Positions 10,929 through 24,267 are shown, numbered from the stretch's first letter. The stretch: 41,471 bases of DNA from Perkinsus chesapeaki ATCC PRA-425 (GCA_013115145.1 JAAPAO010000301.1:1-41471); one strand, 5' to 3'. A program made the numbers and translations. The notes: generated from the letters alone by a model not told the origin.

Positions 10929-13900
10929 ATGGCCGCCGTCACGGCAAAATTCGACCTGCTTGTGGAGAGTCCATCACCAAGTGGCTCAGATGACCTTCAC
11001 TTATCTCCGCCTCGCCAAGGGCCTTCTAGTGTACTTGGCCATACTGAGCGGAGGAGTATTGCCCGTAAGTCCCCTAGTGTCATTTGGGAGTCCGTGAGCC
11101 CCTCTATGTGTGCAGAGATTGCGACACGACAGACGTCGACGAGAGCTCTGGCGCGCTTTTCTGTGAGCGCGTCACTGAGAGACTCTATCTCCAGTTCCCG
11201 TGGGCGACTGAGGGCCTTCGTCGCCCAGTAGGTCTCTGTTATTTCCACGGCAGCCTCTTACGTAGATTCAAAACTCCCGAGAACCGCAAGAACAAGCTAC
11301 TCATTATGCAGTTTTGGACGTTCGTCAGGATACAGGTGCGGAGCCGATCTTCCTTCCGCGTATACTCGCCCCCGCGCCGGTGATTTTTGTAAGGTAATGC
11401 GGACTTACGGAAGCCTATACAACACATTCAAGGCCATCGATACCTCGGGAGAGGGTTTACTCAGTTTCTCTGAGTTCAAGGAGATTCTGGACAAGCTGGG
11501 TCTTGGTGGTGTACATACCAGGTCGGATGAGACGGCTCTGGCTACGCACAGCACACTCCCAGATTCGCCCGTTCTATATTTTACGCCGCCTCTGGTGGCA
11601 AGATCGACCTCACATTTGATGCATTTAGAACAGTTCTCCTTCAAAGCGTCCTCAGAGTACTGGGGTTGGTCACCACTCCTGTACATTGTGTCTCTGGTAG
11701 AGCCTGACGTCCTGTATGAAAAGGGTGGCCGCCCATAAGCGGAAGGTGATAGGCATGCAACAAAGACTTGTCAATATGCTCATACTCTCTGCGGAACCTA
11801 ACGTCCAGATGGCCGCACATAGGCTGCAGGTAGTCTCGGTGCCTTACTCTCTCGCTGTGCTATCTGGCCCCGATTACTTTAGACCGAGAGGTTGACGGAG
11901 GCCTTTCTCGTGGCTTTCGTGGAACACACGACAATGGAGTCCTCTTCTGGGCAGCCACGGTAGCTGACCGTTTTAGTTCCTAGTAGGGTACGCTCGCGCT
12001 GTAGGCCAGCAACAGCAAAGGCAAGCACACTGGGCAAGGGCAAGGTGAAGAGGCGTATGAGGTCCTGCCATATGGCGCGTATGTTGGCAGGCGGCGGAGC
12101 TTGTTAGCCAGTTGGGGGTCCACACACGTCGACAATTTCTGGAGGCGTGTAGAGTGGTAGGGGGGAACCTTTCCCTTACCGAGATACTGATGCTGGAGCA
12201 TCTATATGATAGAGTGGGAACTAGGAGATCTGTACATTCATATGGTTACCATCTCATCCATTCAGCTCCTCGGCTTTCTGAATGCAATGAGAGAGAAATC
12301 AGATGCAGGGAATCAGTCGCCACGATCGACTATTAGTAGTTTCCGCGGGTAGCTTGCGGGATTCCTACAGGGCGGCTCAGGTTGCCTGGACCTCATCATG
12401 GTTCTCGTATTGCTGTCAACGTCAGCATCATCAACAGCGAAACTGGGGGTTGTGAGTTGCCACTTAAGCGACAAGGATGAGTTGATCGGCTTAGGCAGGT
12501 GTTCAAAGCGTTCGATGGTGATATGGATGGCTGCCTCACGCATGAGCAGCTTATGAGTTTGCTAATCAGTGGGTTGACAAGCCAAGGCAAGGGAATCACC
12601 TGTTGGCAGCATGGATCTATTGGAGGGGCCTACTGGCCTGTGATGCCGATGCCTTTACAGCCGACACTTCTCTGGGAGGGGAGATGGCCGCCCAACAAGC
12701 CAAGCGGTAGCACCGATGATTCGGCATAGAGGTGCCCTCCGGTGGTGGTAGGATATACGAGGTATTGGTCATGGGAATGGAGAGGATTAAAGAGGGCACT
12801 GCGCTAGATAGCAACAACAAGCAAAAGAAGGCTAAGGTCGATCATGGTCGGTGATGTTCGGACATTCCAGAAATAATCAAACCCGGCGTACTTTATCAAG
12901 GCGATATGGTGTTGGTCACATTTCTGGAGGTGCAACAAGTACTGGAGGATAACCCAGTCATCGAAACGTCGCTGAGGCCAGGAGTGTACAACGCGCGGTA
13001 AGCTACTGCATTTGCCCACTCGCGCGACCCGCCGTAAGGTTGCTTCTTGCGCTTCCACTGGACCGGCAGCCCTACGCTCGGCTTTTGACGCGCCTGAATG
13101 ACCGACGCCGTTCCCAGCTCATGAGGATGCGCTCTCACGCCAGGAGTAGCGTGCTGCTGTTACTGTCTCATCAAAGTGCGGCGGCCTGTTCAGTCCAAAG
13201 GCTCCGTGAGACTCTTGAAGATTGTGAAATTGAGAAAACTACTTTGTTGCGGGTGATTGCTCGACTGGGCATGCAAGACATGGTATGAGGTGCGTAGATA
13301 TTTAGAGCTGCGGATATTGCGGACGGGGAGCAGCTGCTGGAGAAGGCCAAGGCATCCGAAGGTCCTCCGAGTACAGTAGAGGCAGGCGACGATCCGGCGA
13401 TCACGCTTGACCTAGACCCGGCTTTCGACAATGTCAGTGATCGGCATTGCAGAGTCGGTGATCTGGTCTGCAGTAGGTTATTGAAGAAGTGGAAAAGACA
13501 AGGCGACGTAGCAAGGATGTGGATAAGGATGGAAGCCTTGAAGCCCGAAGGAATCACCCAATCCTGAAGAAAATGAGCCAGGCTAGGATTAAGACCCTAT
13601 TGGAGCTCGAAGAGCGAAGGCTAGGGGGAGAGGTCGACAGGCCCTCGCTCAGAGCCTTGCTAATACAAGAGTAGGACAGATAGAGGGCGCGCCAGCGCCT
13701 CAGCTGTGGTGGGAAGGCGCCCGAGAAGGAAGACGAGAGCTCTCCAGAAGCGCAAATCAAGGTTTGCTGATATCCGTCCAAGTCCCGTAGTGATTCCTGA
13801 AAACATGCAGCAGGGTCTGTAAGGTATCCTCGCCCGACGGAGCCTCATCAAACTACAGGTATTCGTACCAGAAAGCGGTACGCAAGGAGCAGGCCGGGGG

Positions 13901-14530
13901 CCTTTCCAATGGTATGGACCTGCTCCGCCCAAACTCAGATGTAGGGTACAGGATGGTGCCTCTCCATGTACGCTGCTGAAAGGTAATGTCCCGCCTGCGA
14001 GGAGCGCTGCGTAGCGAAGCCCGTGCACGCACAGCTTATTCGGATGCCCGGGAATCTAGGTGGGAGAAGGATGAGAATGAAAGGGATAGTCAGAGTGACA
14101 AGCAGTTCGACAGTTCACATGGATAGGCAGTCGTGTCCAGGAGACTCGCACCCACCGCAAAGCTCATCACTGGGCCAGGCGCTCGTTGTCGCTCGTCAAA
14201 TGCGAACCGATGAACGAACCAAGACGTTAATGAGGCCGACTAAAAGCCGCCCAAAGCCAGAAGTACCTGTCGCTCCCTGTCTTCCCGCGTCCTTTGAGTT
14301 CTCCGTAGCATGTCGCCAGCCTTCCGAGCAAAGTGGGAAATGTTCGGGCACTGCACGTTGAGGATATCGACTCCACGGTAGCTGATACCTTATGTGCGTT
14401 GACGAGACCGCGTACCCCGACCCTGCCAATTCTGAAGGACGACTCCTCGGTGAAAATGAATAGCTTTCACAGGACCGCAACGGCACCAGCCCAGCAGCTG
14501 AGTCTGAGGTGCCGAAGCCTCCAGGGATAG
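10929..14530 (+). CDS. Large multi-exon EF-hand protein with charged low-complexity C-terminal part; could be two genes
   Basis: EF-hand loops FKAIDTSGEGLLSFSEFKEIL (about 11430) and FKAFDGDMDGCLTHEQL (about 12500). In-frame splicing can be traced to at least about 13760. Confidence 0.6.
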
Positions 14531-14882
14531 CTGGCCCATTGCTCACTCATTAGGAATGCGGGCTCATGGCCAAGACGGGTGTCTGAAGTCCCCTTGGTGG
14601 AAGGTTGTCATGCTGAGCAGTTGCTCGATAGGCTTCGAGTGTACAGCACAGCTGCCGCCAGTAGGGCTCTTTCCCGTGACGCTCAGTTACGAATACGCCA
14701 TGCTTTCGTCGCCATCGCGCTCCTCAACGGCCTGGCAGAGACAGAGGCATGTGTCTCGATAATGCATGCAAGCTTGGAGTTGAGTATTTCCTTTGGAAAG
14801 ATTCGTGGAAGAGTTTCTGGAAGGGACCATGTTTCAGTATTCTAGCCCTTCTTCCCAGTATTTCCTTCACATGTCTCGAACT

Positions 14883-17800
14883 ATGCCATTCGTGCCGAGG
14901 CATCACCTGGGCTATGATGAGATTACAATCAGCGCCTTCCCAGGGCACTACAAGACTAAGCGAGTTCAACTCACGGCTGCCATTGCCGGTGTAAAAGTCT
15001 GCCTCGTTGATGCGTCAGAAATCCACTTCAACGGTTGCGCAGTGCAAAAGTAAGCGGCTGGCTGCTGAGTGCAATCATTTGCCTTGCTCGACAGGTATCC
15101 AATGGCTCGAGTCATCGAGCACAAGGAACGCGCTAGGAAGGAGTGGTTCATATTCTCCACCTCAGCTATTTGTCGTTATATTGCGAGGTTGAGGCGCGAC
15201 TGTGCCCTGCTAGGAGAAGGCTTCGAGCTAGAGGTAGGCTTCGTAGAGTAGATATCGTTTCTTTCCAAGGATAGTCTCACGCCAGTGAAAGCTGTTCCAT
15301 CCGAGCTTGGTCTTTATCGTCCGATCCTCCTCAGGCCGCCGTCGACTCTGCGGTCGATTTCGTGACCCAGGAGCTAGAGGTGCCACTAGCACTTCTCATG
15401 TACCAATCATTGGGTACGCAGTACAGAGTGGCTGTAAGCTATTCATATCGTTCAGCAGGTGCGGTGTCTCGGGACAGTAAGGTCACCAACAGGGCGTTGC
15501 TCGAGGTCCGTGAGGCTTTGAGGAAGATGGAAGCTATGTTGAATGAGGGTGGTCGAGGGTACCTGGTCCCAGGCACGAGATCCATATCATTAGCAGACAT
15601 CTTTGCCATCACAGTGATGATGCGCTTTCCTTTATATTATTGTAAATTATATCTTGCCTTAGGTGCTCCTCGAAGGATTGGCTCACGGCCTGATAACTCT
15701 CGGTAAGCCGACCCGACTCAGCGCCCCCTTACCCCCTGTGCTGCCCAGATACGGTAGACTTTCCCTCCATTGAAATATGGAGAAGGAGGTTGATAGAGTT
15801 ACCCATGATGAGAAAGTGGGTCGGAGGAAAGGTCGAGGCCAGCCCACTATCGGCACCACCGTCCACGGAAAAAGTTTCGTCAGCCGTTGGTGGGGCCATG
15901 ACGAGCTCGGAGCCTGGAGGAGATCAGGATACGCCGCGAAATGGCAAAGGGCCGGGTCGTAAGATTTGGTCCGCCAAAGCTGCCCCACGAATTGGCGCGT
16001 CGAGGGAGACCCCCCTTAGGGGTGACCACTCTGGGCATGCTAATGGCTCAGCTGGTGGCATTGTGGCATCGAAGATACGAAGCTGGGAGAGAAAAGTCAG
16101 TGAAGCTCGCTTGAACACAACCCCATCCAGCGCTGGCATGAGTCCAGTGGAGGCCACCGAACATTCCCGTGCGGATAACGTTACCCCCAAAGCGGCAGGT
16201 CGGCTGGAGAGCAGCACGCCTTCCGCTGCACCTATGGCTCGATCAGCCGGTACAGCTCGGGTGTCACCGAGGCCATTGACCGTGAGTGACACTTCTCCAA
16301 GGAGCACGGCTTCGAGTAAGAAGTTGGTGGCGAATCCATCTAGCCGACTGTTAGTCTCGCCAAGGGCCACGAAAGCGTCACAATTGCGCGAAGCGAGGGC
16401 AGTGGCGATACGGAGGGGGAACGCAGAGGCCGAGAATTCGAGTGGCTCCAAGGCTGCCAAACTTCGAACTGCCATCCCTGAACCGAAGTTTTCGCCAGAT
16501 GCCAACAGTAAAGCATCGGCTGCTCGGCAGCGGCAACCTTTCCGTCCGGTTCCACGTGATGGGAAGAGCATGGGGATAACCAAGGCTGGAGCCACCAGCG
16601 CGAGGGGCCGTTTGGAGGGCAGCGAGGGTCGACCTGGGAAGGTTGCCTCCAATGCAGCATTCTTGTCATTGCCAATCAAGAGGAGGTCGGTTGAAGATTC
16701 AGTAGCTGTGACTCCTGTCGATGAGCTTAGACCAGTGGGAGGGCAGGATCATCTCGGCAGTGGTCTCTGGCCTGTTCAAGAGCCACTGGGCGAAGCTCTC
16801 CAGGACGTAGACGCAAAAACACCCGTAGATGACTCCAATACGATGAGTGTCGGTAACTCGTCAGCCAGAAGTGATATTGTTGGCGCGGGTATGAAGAGTT
16901 CAGCGAGTCGCGGAACGCGGTCGGCTAAGGGTAACCTTGCGGAGCCAGTGTCTGCAAACTCAGAGTACCGAAATGGTAAGGCTAGTAGCACAAACTCTGC
17001 CATCATTACGGCTGCTCAAGAGGAGTCATTCGATGGAGTGCGTCAACTCATTGGTAAGATACACGATGCAAGACTGTCCGAGTACGAGAGCGACAAGTCC
17101 GGCGTCCAGCGCTCGGTAGGTGCTGCTGTTGAACGGGGTGGCACGAAGCGTGGGGCAGCCAGCAGTCATACTGTGGAAGTCTCTGTTGAGCCCCATGCAT
17201 CTGAGCTGATCAGCGAGGGACAACATTTCGGCAGAAACAGCGACCGTCGGCGGTTACTCAAGGCTGGACGGTTCGGTACTTTGTCTCTTAAGATGGAGAC
17301 TGAAGGGTCATTCCTAGCTGATCAGGCCACGAAATCGGCACCTTCAGCAATAGTTGGGAGTGCATTCGACATCGATCCGAACGGAAACGAGTCCCCAATT
17401 GTGGACGGCTCGAATAGACTGAATGCATTAGTGTCTCAGCCTCACCGAGGTCTGGCCAGTGATGCCACACTGAGAGATATTCGAGAGCTCAATGCCTCAG
17501 AGGGTAGAGGAAGCAGACCTCCTACTGCAGGACAATCGCCTCCTCCACAACCGCAATCATTTACAGGAAGGATCTCTCCGCCATCGTTGGGTCTGGGGCG
17601 CGCCACAGCCACGACTCTTTCTCGGCCCATCCTCTGGGGGTCTCAGAGGACTGCTGGAAGTCTCAATGATATCAGGTTAACGAAGGGCTTCATGTCGGGC
17701 ACCCTTGGGCAAAGTAAAACGTCCGATGAAGACCGTGTGGAAGCTGGCTCCTCCAAGCTTGACTCTGTGCTGAACATGCCACTGCCCGAGCCTGCTTCTG

Positions 17801-18287
17801 CCCTGAATGGGAGGGCCGGCGGGCAAGTCATAACGACTGGCCTTGGGATGGCATGGGCTTCCCAGGGAATGTTCTCGGCTTTGGCCCAGAAGAGGCCGAG
17901 TGTGCCTGTCAGCGGGGCATACAAACAGATGCTGAATCCTTCTATGCCGACTCTGCCGCCTGCGACCGAATTCGTTGCAGACGTAACGCAAGGGAAGGGA
18001 GGTAGCGAACGTAGAAGCTTTACCGTGAATGGCATTGCTGTTGGTTACAGTTGCTCATCATCATCATAACCACGCACATCACCAGCAGCAACCCCATCAC
18101 AAACGTCCAGCTGGTCATGTAGAGCATCACGCGGCTCATCACGGAGGAGGCCACAACTATGCAGGTATGTGAACCCGATTGTTGGAATTAGTGCATAAGG
18201 CTCAATTCTGCTGCTCTCCCTTGCCTATCTTTTCCTACTTCAGGACACCCAAAGGAGCATCCTCGCCATCACCATGGTCATCGTTGA
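14883..18287 (+). CDS. GST-fold (EF1B-gamma/aaRS-type) N-terminal domain fused to a roughly 740-aa disordered region and a His-rich C-terminal tail
   Basis: Spliced ISAFPGHYKTKRVQLTAAIAGVKV ^ KYP...IFSTSAICRYIARL...LLGEGFELE ^ AAVDSAVDFVTQELEVPL ^ ...LRKMEAML...YLV...ISLADI ^ ... ^ DFPSIEIWRRRLIELP runs into ORF 15790-18069. Introns 18002-18050 and 18165-18243 add the His-rich tail, stop at 18287. Start may lie further upstream. Confidence 0.7.
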
Positions 18288-18420
18288 GGCGCCATTCACA
18301 CCTTTGTTGATGTGCATGCATTATCTTGTTGTTAACCCTTCCAGTCGTATCATCTTGGTGTTGCGTATTCGACGCTTGTGTCGCTATCTCAACTGCAGCA
18401 GCACCTTCTTGTGAGATTCC

Positions 18421-19708
18421 ATGGAGGCAACAGAAGCCTCGGTCCCTTGGGACAGTTATCAGTTGATAGTGCCTCGTCACGGGAACTCGGAGCGGCAAGA
18501 GGACAGCCTCAGTAACAGGCATGGAGGCCGTGCTAGCCAGTCCAACGCCAGCCTGAGCCCATCATCAGTCTCATCTCATCCAGCGTCACCTATTCACCGT
18601 CAGAACTGTCGGGAGTCTTCTCCGCCGACTGCAATGGAGTTTCTAATTTTTGTCCCGTAAGTAGCTGTAACCTAGCCGCTCGAGTGTGTTCTCAGGAATA
18701 CTAAAGTCTACTGTTTACTTACGTCGCCTGAGAGCGGTCATTTAGAATGGAAAGAACTGCCTCATGAAGGGGCATTCGTCATAGCACAGGCAGTCGGCAA
18801 TGATGAAGAGGGTTGTCTCTATGCGGCCATTATGGGCATGGACACCAAAGGCGCGTCCTTCCTATGGAGAGCCGCATTCGATATGGAAGTCATCCCCGAG
18901 TCGCACGGTCGAACTTTCCACTTCCGGTGAGCTGCGCGTTTCTCGTGTGAGGTGTAGTGCGTTGTCGTGATCATAGGTCCGCCACAGGATCGGTGCTGGC
19001 TGTGTGGCTCCAGAACGAGAACACTGCCGAGCGGGTATGAGTGCGTCTTCATTTTTCCTGACGAATAAACTTATCTTCTCAGATGCTTGACTGTGTGCTG
19101 CGGGTATTCGGTAAGGGCCATCGGCCGCCGCCGACCACCTGGGAAAGCATGGGAATGAGCGACCTTCTCGAACTCGTAAAGGAGGCGGACGAAAGAACCC
19201 TTTCGGCACCCGTGGCACACCAGTCACGCCGTCAACTACGAGATTACACTACTGTAGCAAGTATACCACCGACAACTTCTTCAACGTGTGGCTCGATGAA
19301 GAAAGAGGTACGTACCCGTGTCCTATGCCCCTACTGTGTCTCTAGCAATCGGCTCTTCTAGCATTCTGTTTTGTACAGTCTGTTCGTCGACTCTGTGCTT
19401 CTTCGCAGGCCCCGTCTATGGTCGATGCTTTCTATCGTTTAAGCTCCTCAACCGCGTCAGTCGATACAGAACAGAGATCAGTTGACCCTGCAGCAGGCCT
19501 TAAGGATGGTCCTGGGGTTACGCTTAAAGCGGACGCGGCTCCCTGGGTCCCGAGCTACACCCAAAACGGCGAACGGGAAGCCGAGGAATCGACGCAAGAG
19601 TTTTTTGTGAATAGGAGCGATTTGCGGCAAGCGATAGAGGCTGCCATAGACGCGGACGAGTTCATTGAAAGGGTTATGCACTATCTTGGCACCACAGAGG
19701 GATCTTGA
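18421..19708 (+). CDS. Hypothetical multi-exon protein with a PAM2-like motif near the C-terminus
   Basis: Exon-like ORFs 18421, 19083 and 19418 are flanked by GT/AG sites. Contains TLKADAAPWVP. Confidence 0.5.
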
Positions 19709-20305
19709 AGCGACCCCACAGTATTTGCCATCTCGGATCAGCAGTGCAATATGGAATATGGTCTACGTACTGTTGTTGATGACCAGGAGATTATGCTTTT
19801 CTTCATATCCTGTATCCCCTAGTCTTTTGGATTACTTGACATTTATTGACATTATTGTCTTGATCCCCACTTATTTTCGGTGCTGATAGGTGAAGCTCAT
19901 AAGGGAGTGTCCTTTTGTTAAGCTTAGTTACGTGTTATTCTGTGGCCTCGTCATATTTCTGTTAATTATTTTGGCGGCTGATGACCTTATTATTATTACC
20001 TGCTTCTGCGGCATTGTGCCTCCCCTTACGGTGACAGCAGCATCGGCCCTCGTCGCCTTCTTGGCACCTACCTAAATTTACCGTTTTGGCATGGGGACAA
20101 CGATCATTTGATACTTCATTTTCTCAAGCCATAGCCGTGGCTTCGGTCATCTCCGTATGACCATTGTAACCCTTGTATCACTGTTGATTGTGATTTGCCA
20201 GAAACATTGAAGGCACTTGCGTTAATCATCCTCTCATGAGTCTGTTGCGGTCGTCTCACGAAGCTGTGGGATTTTTTGCTTCACTTGTGGAGCCTAGGTT
20301 AAACC

Positions 20306-22218
20306 ATGACGTTTGACTCTACTATCCCCGCCACTGCACCCCACGTAGTGGAGAGGCCTGAGGATGAGCTCGTAGATAGCCGAAGGGGCAGCAGTTCACA
20401 GTCACTGATGAGCACGCAGATTGAAGATTATGCGGGAGAGAACTCCACTAAGGTTCGTTCTGCCATTGCCGAGTACAACAGGACAGTGGCTCTTATCAGG
20501 TCCTCATCATCTACACAGGAGGGACAGTCGGAATGCAGCCAGGCCCGGACGGATCACTGCGCCCGGTTAAAGGGTTTCTCAACAGGAAGATCAGCGGCCT
20601 TGAGGAGCTTAAGAAACCGGGAATGCCTTCGCTGACTGTGAGTTGCTGCTTTACGGGTGGAATGCGTTTAATTAGTGTTTGGCTTTAGGTTATAGAATTC
20701 GACGAATTAATCGATAGCTCTGACGTCACGCCAGAGTGCTGGAAGCAAATGGCTCAGGTGGGCTCCAAGCTCCCCAGCCGTGGGCACGACTGCGGCGTTG
20801 TAAGCATTTTGTAGGCCATCGAGATGAACTATTACGACTACGATGGTTTTGTGATTATCCACGGTACGGATACCATGGCCTACAGTGCCAGCGCTTTATC
20901 GTTTATGTTGGCCAATCTGGGCAAACCTGTTATATTCACTGGTTCAATCCTACCGTTTGGTGAACCCCACAGCGACGCCCGAAGGAATCTTATTATTTCA
21001 ATTCTGCTTGCGGGTAGCTTTGCAATCGACTGTGCTGAATAATTTCTACGCACACCGTGCTCAGGTCTCTGTAGCATACCTGAAGTTTGCATCTTCTTCA
21101 ACGAGCGTCTTCTCCGCGGCTGCCGGTCAGTAAAAGTAAGTACCATAAAATGGAACTGCTCGGGATCGAACGCGTGCATGGTGCTCAGGTGGATAGCGGA
21201 TCGATTGCAGCTTTCGATGCCCCAAATTTTCCGCCTCTAGCCACCCTCGGTGTCGATATCCATTTCAACGAACATCTCCTGTTGCCGCCTCCTAAAGGTC
21301 GCTTCCACACCCACACTAAGATGGAGAGCGCCATTCTGGTCGTGAGGCTGGTAGGTTGGTATCACCGTTCGTTGCGCCTCTCCCGGTCTCTCCGGTAACG
21401 TCTGCCTTACCGACTCAGTCTGTATTTGTGAACCGGCGTTCCTATGGTGGCACCTAGGTTCCTGGATTTGCCGACTTAGAGACTCTGGCCGATAGTGCAG
21501 TGCGTGGTGTTGTGCTGCTCCTCTATGGCACTGGCAATGCTCCCGCGAGGAAGAGGAACTTCGTGGCTTGGTTGAAAAGGTAAGCAGTCGGGAGATATAA
21601 TTATTGCAGCAAGGCTCTCGTTCCTTCTTAATACCTTCTATTCCGTCTTTTTTACGGTTATACTGTCATCACCGGCTCGACTCCATTTGAGTGCACTTGG
21701 TTCATATACTCGCCTCAGTAGAGTCCCCTCCCAGCACTTCGGTCTGAGTAGCAGTACCTGGGGGTTTCAGATACTTCTTTCGTGGCTTCCTATGCTTCTA
21801 GAGTAGCGCTCTTGCTCATTCTAGTTCCAGTAGCCGACTTGTCTTCTCAACTCCCGACAGCCTGCCTATTATGATTCTTACTCAGGTTGATCGACCGCGG
21901 TGTAGCCGTGATTGCGTGCTCCCAGTGCGTTAGAGGTACCGTGGAGCTCAACGCTTATGCCGTCGGCTCCCAGCTGTCATCGATCGGTGTCATCTCCGGC
22001 GGTGACATGACTTGCGAGTCTGCTGTGACGAAGCTCAGCTATCTTCTAGGACGGGGACTAACACCGGCTCAGATCAAGAGCGCGTTTGGTATGTCGATAC
22101 GTGGGGAGATTACACTGGTAAAGAAACTAGATGCCCTCTGTGACGAGGCGGTCTCTGTCAGGGTGGCAGCCACGACGATCTCTTCAAGGGCTTCGGTGGC
22201 GTGGTCTCCAAGCTGTGA
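20306..22218 (+). CDS. Type I L-asparaginase (AnsA-like); spliced C-terminus ends -SKL
   Basis: Intron 20453-20499 brings in VLIIYTGGTVGM. Also DGFVIIHGTDTMAYSASALSF, KPVIFTGS, AFDAPNFPPLA, YGTGN and DMTCESAVTKLSYLLG. Intron 22118-22161 gives GGSHDDLFKGFGGVVSKL*. Confidence 0.93.
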
Positions 22219-22425
22219 GTTGAGAAACGTAGAGGAAGCAAACTGAAGATACTTGTCTTTTACCGACGGCAGACTTTTCGAGGGAACCGAGAGCTCCGTC
22301 TTTGTCTATTCACTAATTGTTCCTGAATCGAACCGCCATAAAGGCATTTCATCGGACCTTCCAAGCGCCGCGTTGATCAGTATACCACATTGTGCTCTTC
22401 CCTCTGCAGCTGGTAGGTTCTCGTC

Positions 22426-23145
22426 ATGATTTCACGGCGATCACGAGTGTTGTTGGCGGAGCTTGTCGGGGACCATATACACCCATTTAGGGTTAATGTA
22501 ACAGGCCTCCACTACGGCACCACCGTAGCGGATGTAAGGGCACTGTTCAAAGGTGCACATACGGAGCTGGTCGCAGTGTGAAAGCTATAGGTGTCAGATT
22601 ACAAATCGATCCCTCAAGTCGGAGGCGTTCAGTTAGCGGCGCCCACCTCGCGAGACAAGGGCACTCCTTTCTTCACGGGCCGGGCATGGGTCACCTTCGA
22701 TAATCCAGAAGAGGTGCGTCGTCCGTAAGCCGTAAGCGAGACTAGTATCGTATCTTTTTCATTCAGGCAGTTCACGCTTCAGAGGCCATGAACGGTAGGC
22801 TAGTGCATAGCGTGGACGGTGGATGGAGGCGAGTTGGAGTGTTCTGCAATTTCAGTGGACCCAAAATCGTCAGGTAGCGCCTCGGCCGTTTCGCTTTATT
22901 ATTAGCACTGTACAGAATTACAGGATTTTCTATAAGCCTTTTTGCTTCATGTAAAGTGTTTTCGATTTCCCTCCAGAGAGGAGAAGTGGCCACCCGTTCC
23001 TGATGAGTATCGCCTCCGAAAGGTGACAGCGCTGAAGGCAGTTGGTGGGAGAAAGTTCAATCACTTCCCTGTTATGACACTTAACGAACAGAAGCATCGC
23101 AGACGATGGAAGATCGGCAACTGGCCGAGGGCGCACAAAGCATGA
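22426..23145 (+). CDS. Small single-RRM RNA-binding protein, possibly mitochondrion-targeted
   Basis: MISRRSRVLL...RVNVTGLHYGTTVADVRALFK ^ ...FTGRAWVTFDNPEE ^ AVHASEAMNGR (RNP2/RNP1-like). Arg-rich, acid-free first residues. Confidence 0.65.
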
Positions 23146-24267
23146 GCTTCATATCGATACCGCAGAGTTTCCGCACGTGCCAAGCTGAATGGAGTTTTAG
23201 TGCCGCAATAGAGAAGGTCATCGCTGGGGATGCCGGCGTTAGTGTCCTACCGCGCCGGCGAATTCGGATTTTACTACCCATGCCCTGTTAGCTTTCCCGA
23301 TGGCTCCTCGAACATCGTGGACAATTGAAGATTATAGGAATTGTAAGATACGTCTGTTTTCACCCCCGCCTGGAAGCCGTAGAAGTCCCAAGGGATGAGT
23401 TCAGATTCCGCCCGACTTCGTAGGGACCATGAGACACTTATCCAGGATTACGTGAAGCTGAGGTAGCACTTGGCGCTTTGTTGGACAAGACTCTCCCCGA
23501 CACGTCACTGTACCTCTCCAGTATGAATTCATGTCAGCGAGTGGTGCCGCTCTACTGTTGTCGTTATAAAGCAAGTTCTTCATCACAGAGTTTCGTCCGC
23601 TCCTCGCTGGAACCGGTCATTGAGGAGGCAGAGGAACCGATAGAGGCCGTGGAGGCGGCAATGCCGAGCAAAATCCCAGCGCCGGCTGTTGACTTGCCGG
23701 CATCATATCGCATCGAAATTGGTGGTGAAGAGGCTTACCGATGCTGTGCCAACAGCGCTGGTGAGGCGTGTGAAAAGTCGCCTATTGTGGAGGAGCTGGT
23801 AGCATCATCTTCGCAGTGTTAAATAGTAGTCGTACTGCAGGAGGAAGTGAACTCTGTCTTCTCGAGGCAAACAGAGCCCTCCCCCGACCGGGACTCGCTA
23901 GGTTCTCCCGATTATGGGAGCCAAGACTCTGATAGGAACTCCCCTTCCACCTGCAGCGACTTGCCATCCTACCTCTCTGACAGCGATCATAGCAGTCCGT
24001 CAAGTATAGGGGTGCGGTCCCCTCCTATAGCTGATGATGGGGAAAAAGAATGGCCTATCATGAATTGGTAGACTCTCGCGTCCCGCTAACATGAACGCTT
24101 CTCACAGGTTCAACGATGGGCTACAGCCCTCGCACAAAGCTCACCTCCGGAAGGCCAGGGACGACGAAAGCACCGTAGTGTCGTACTCATCCAGGCGAGA
24201 TTCAACAGCCACCTGCAGCAGCCTTGAGTCCTATGTTTCCTCGGACAATGAAGATCAGTCTTCGTGA
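23142..24267 (+). CDS. Hypothetical multi-exon Ser/acidic-rich protein; start uncertain
   Basis: ORFs 23478-23822 and 23847-24071 and a final exon ending ...SDNEDQSS* splice in frame. Confidence 0.45.

Noticed and set aside
19720-20220. Small hydrophobic ORFs (19665-19886, 19890-20075) as a membrane-protein gene
   Set aside because: T-rich intergenic sequence gives hydrophobic translations, and no consistent spliced model could be built.
20306-20635. Asparaginase apparently lacking the first catalytic TGGT motif
   Set aside because: The motif is present in another frame after intron 20453-20499, so the enzyme looks intact.
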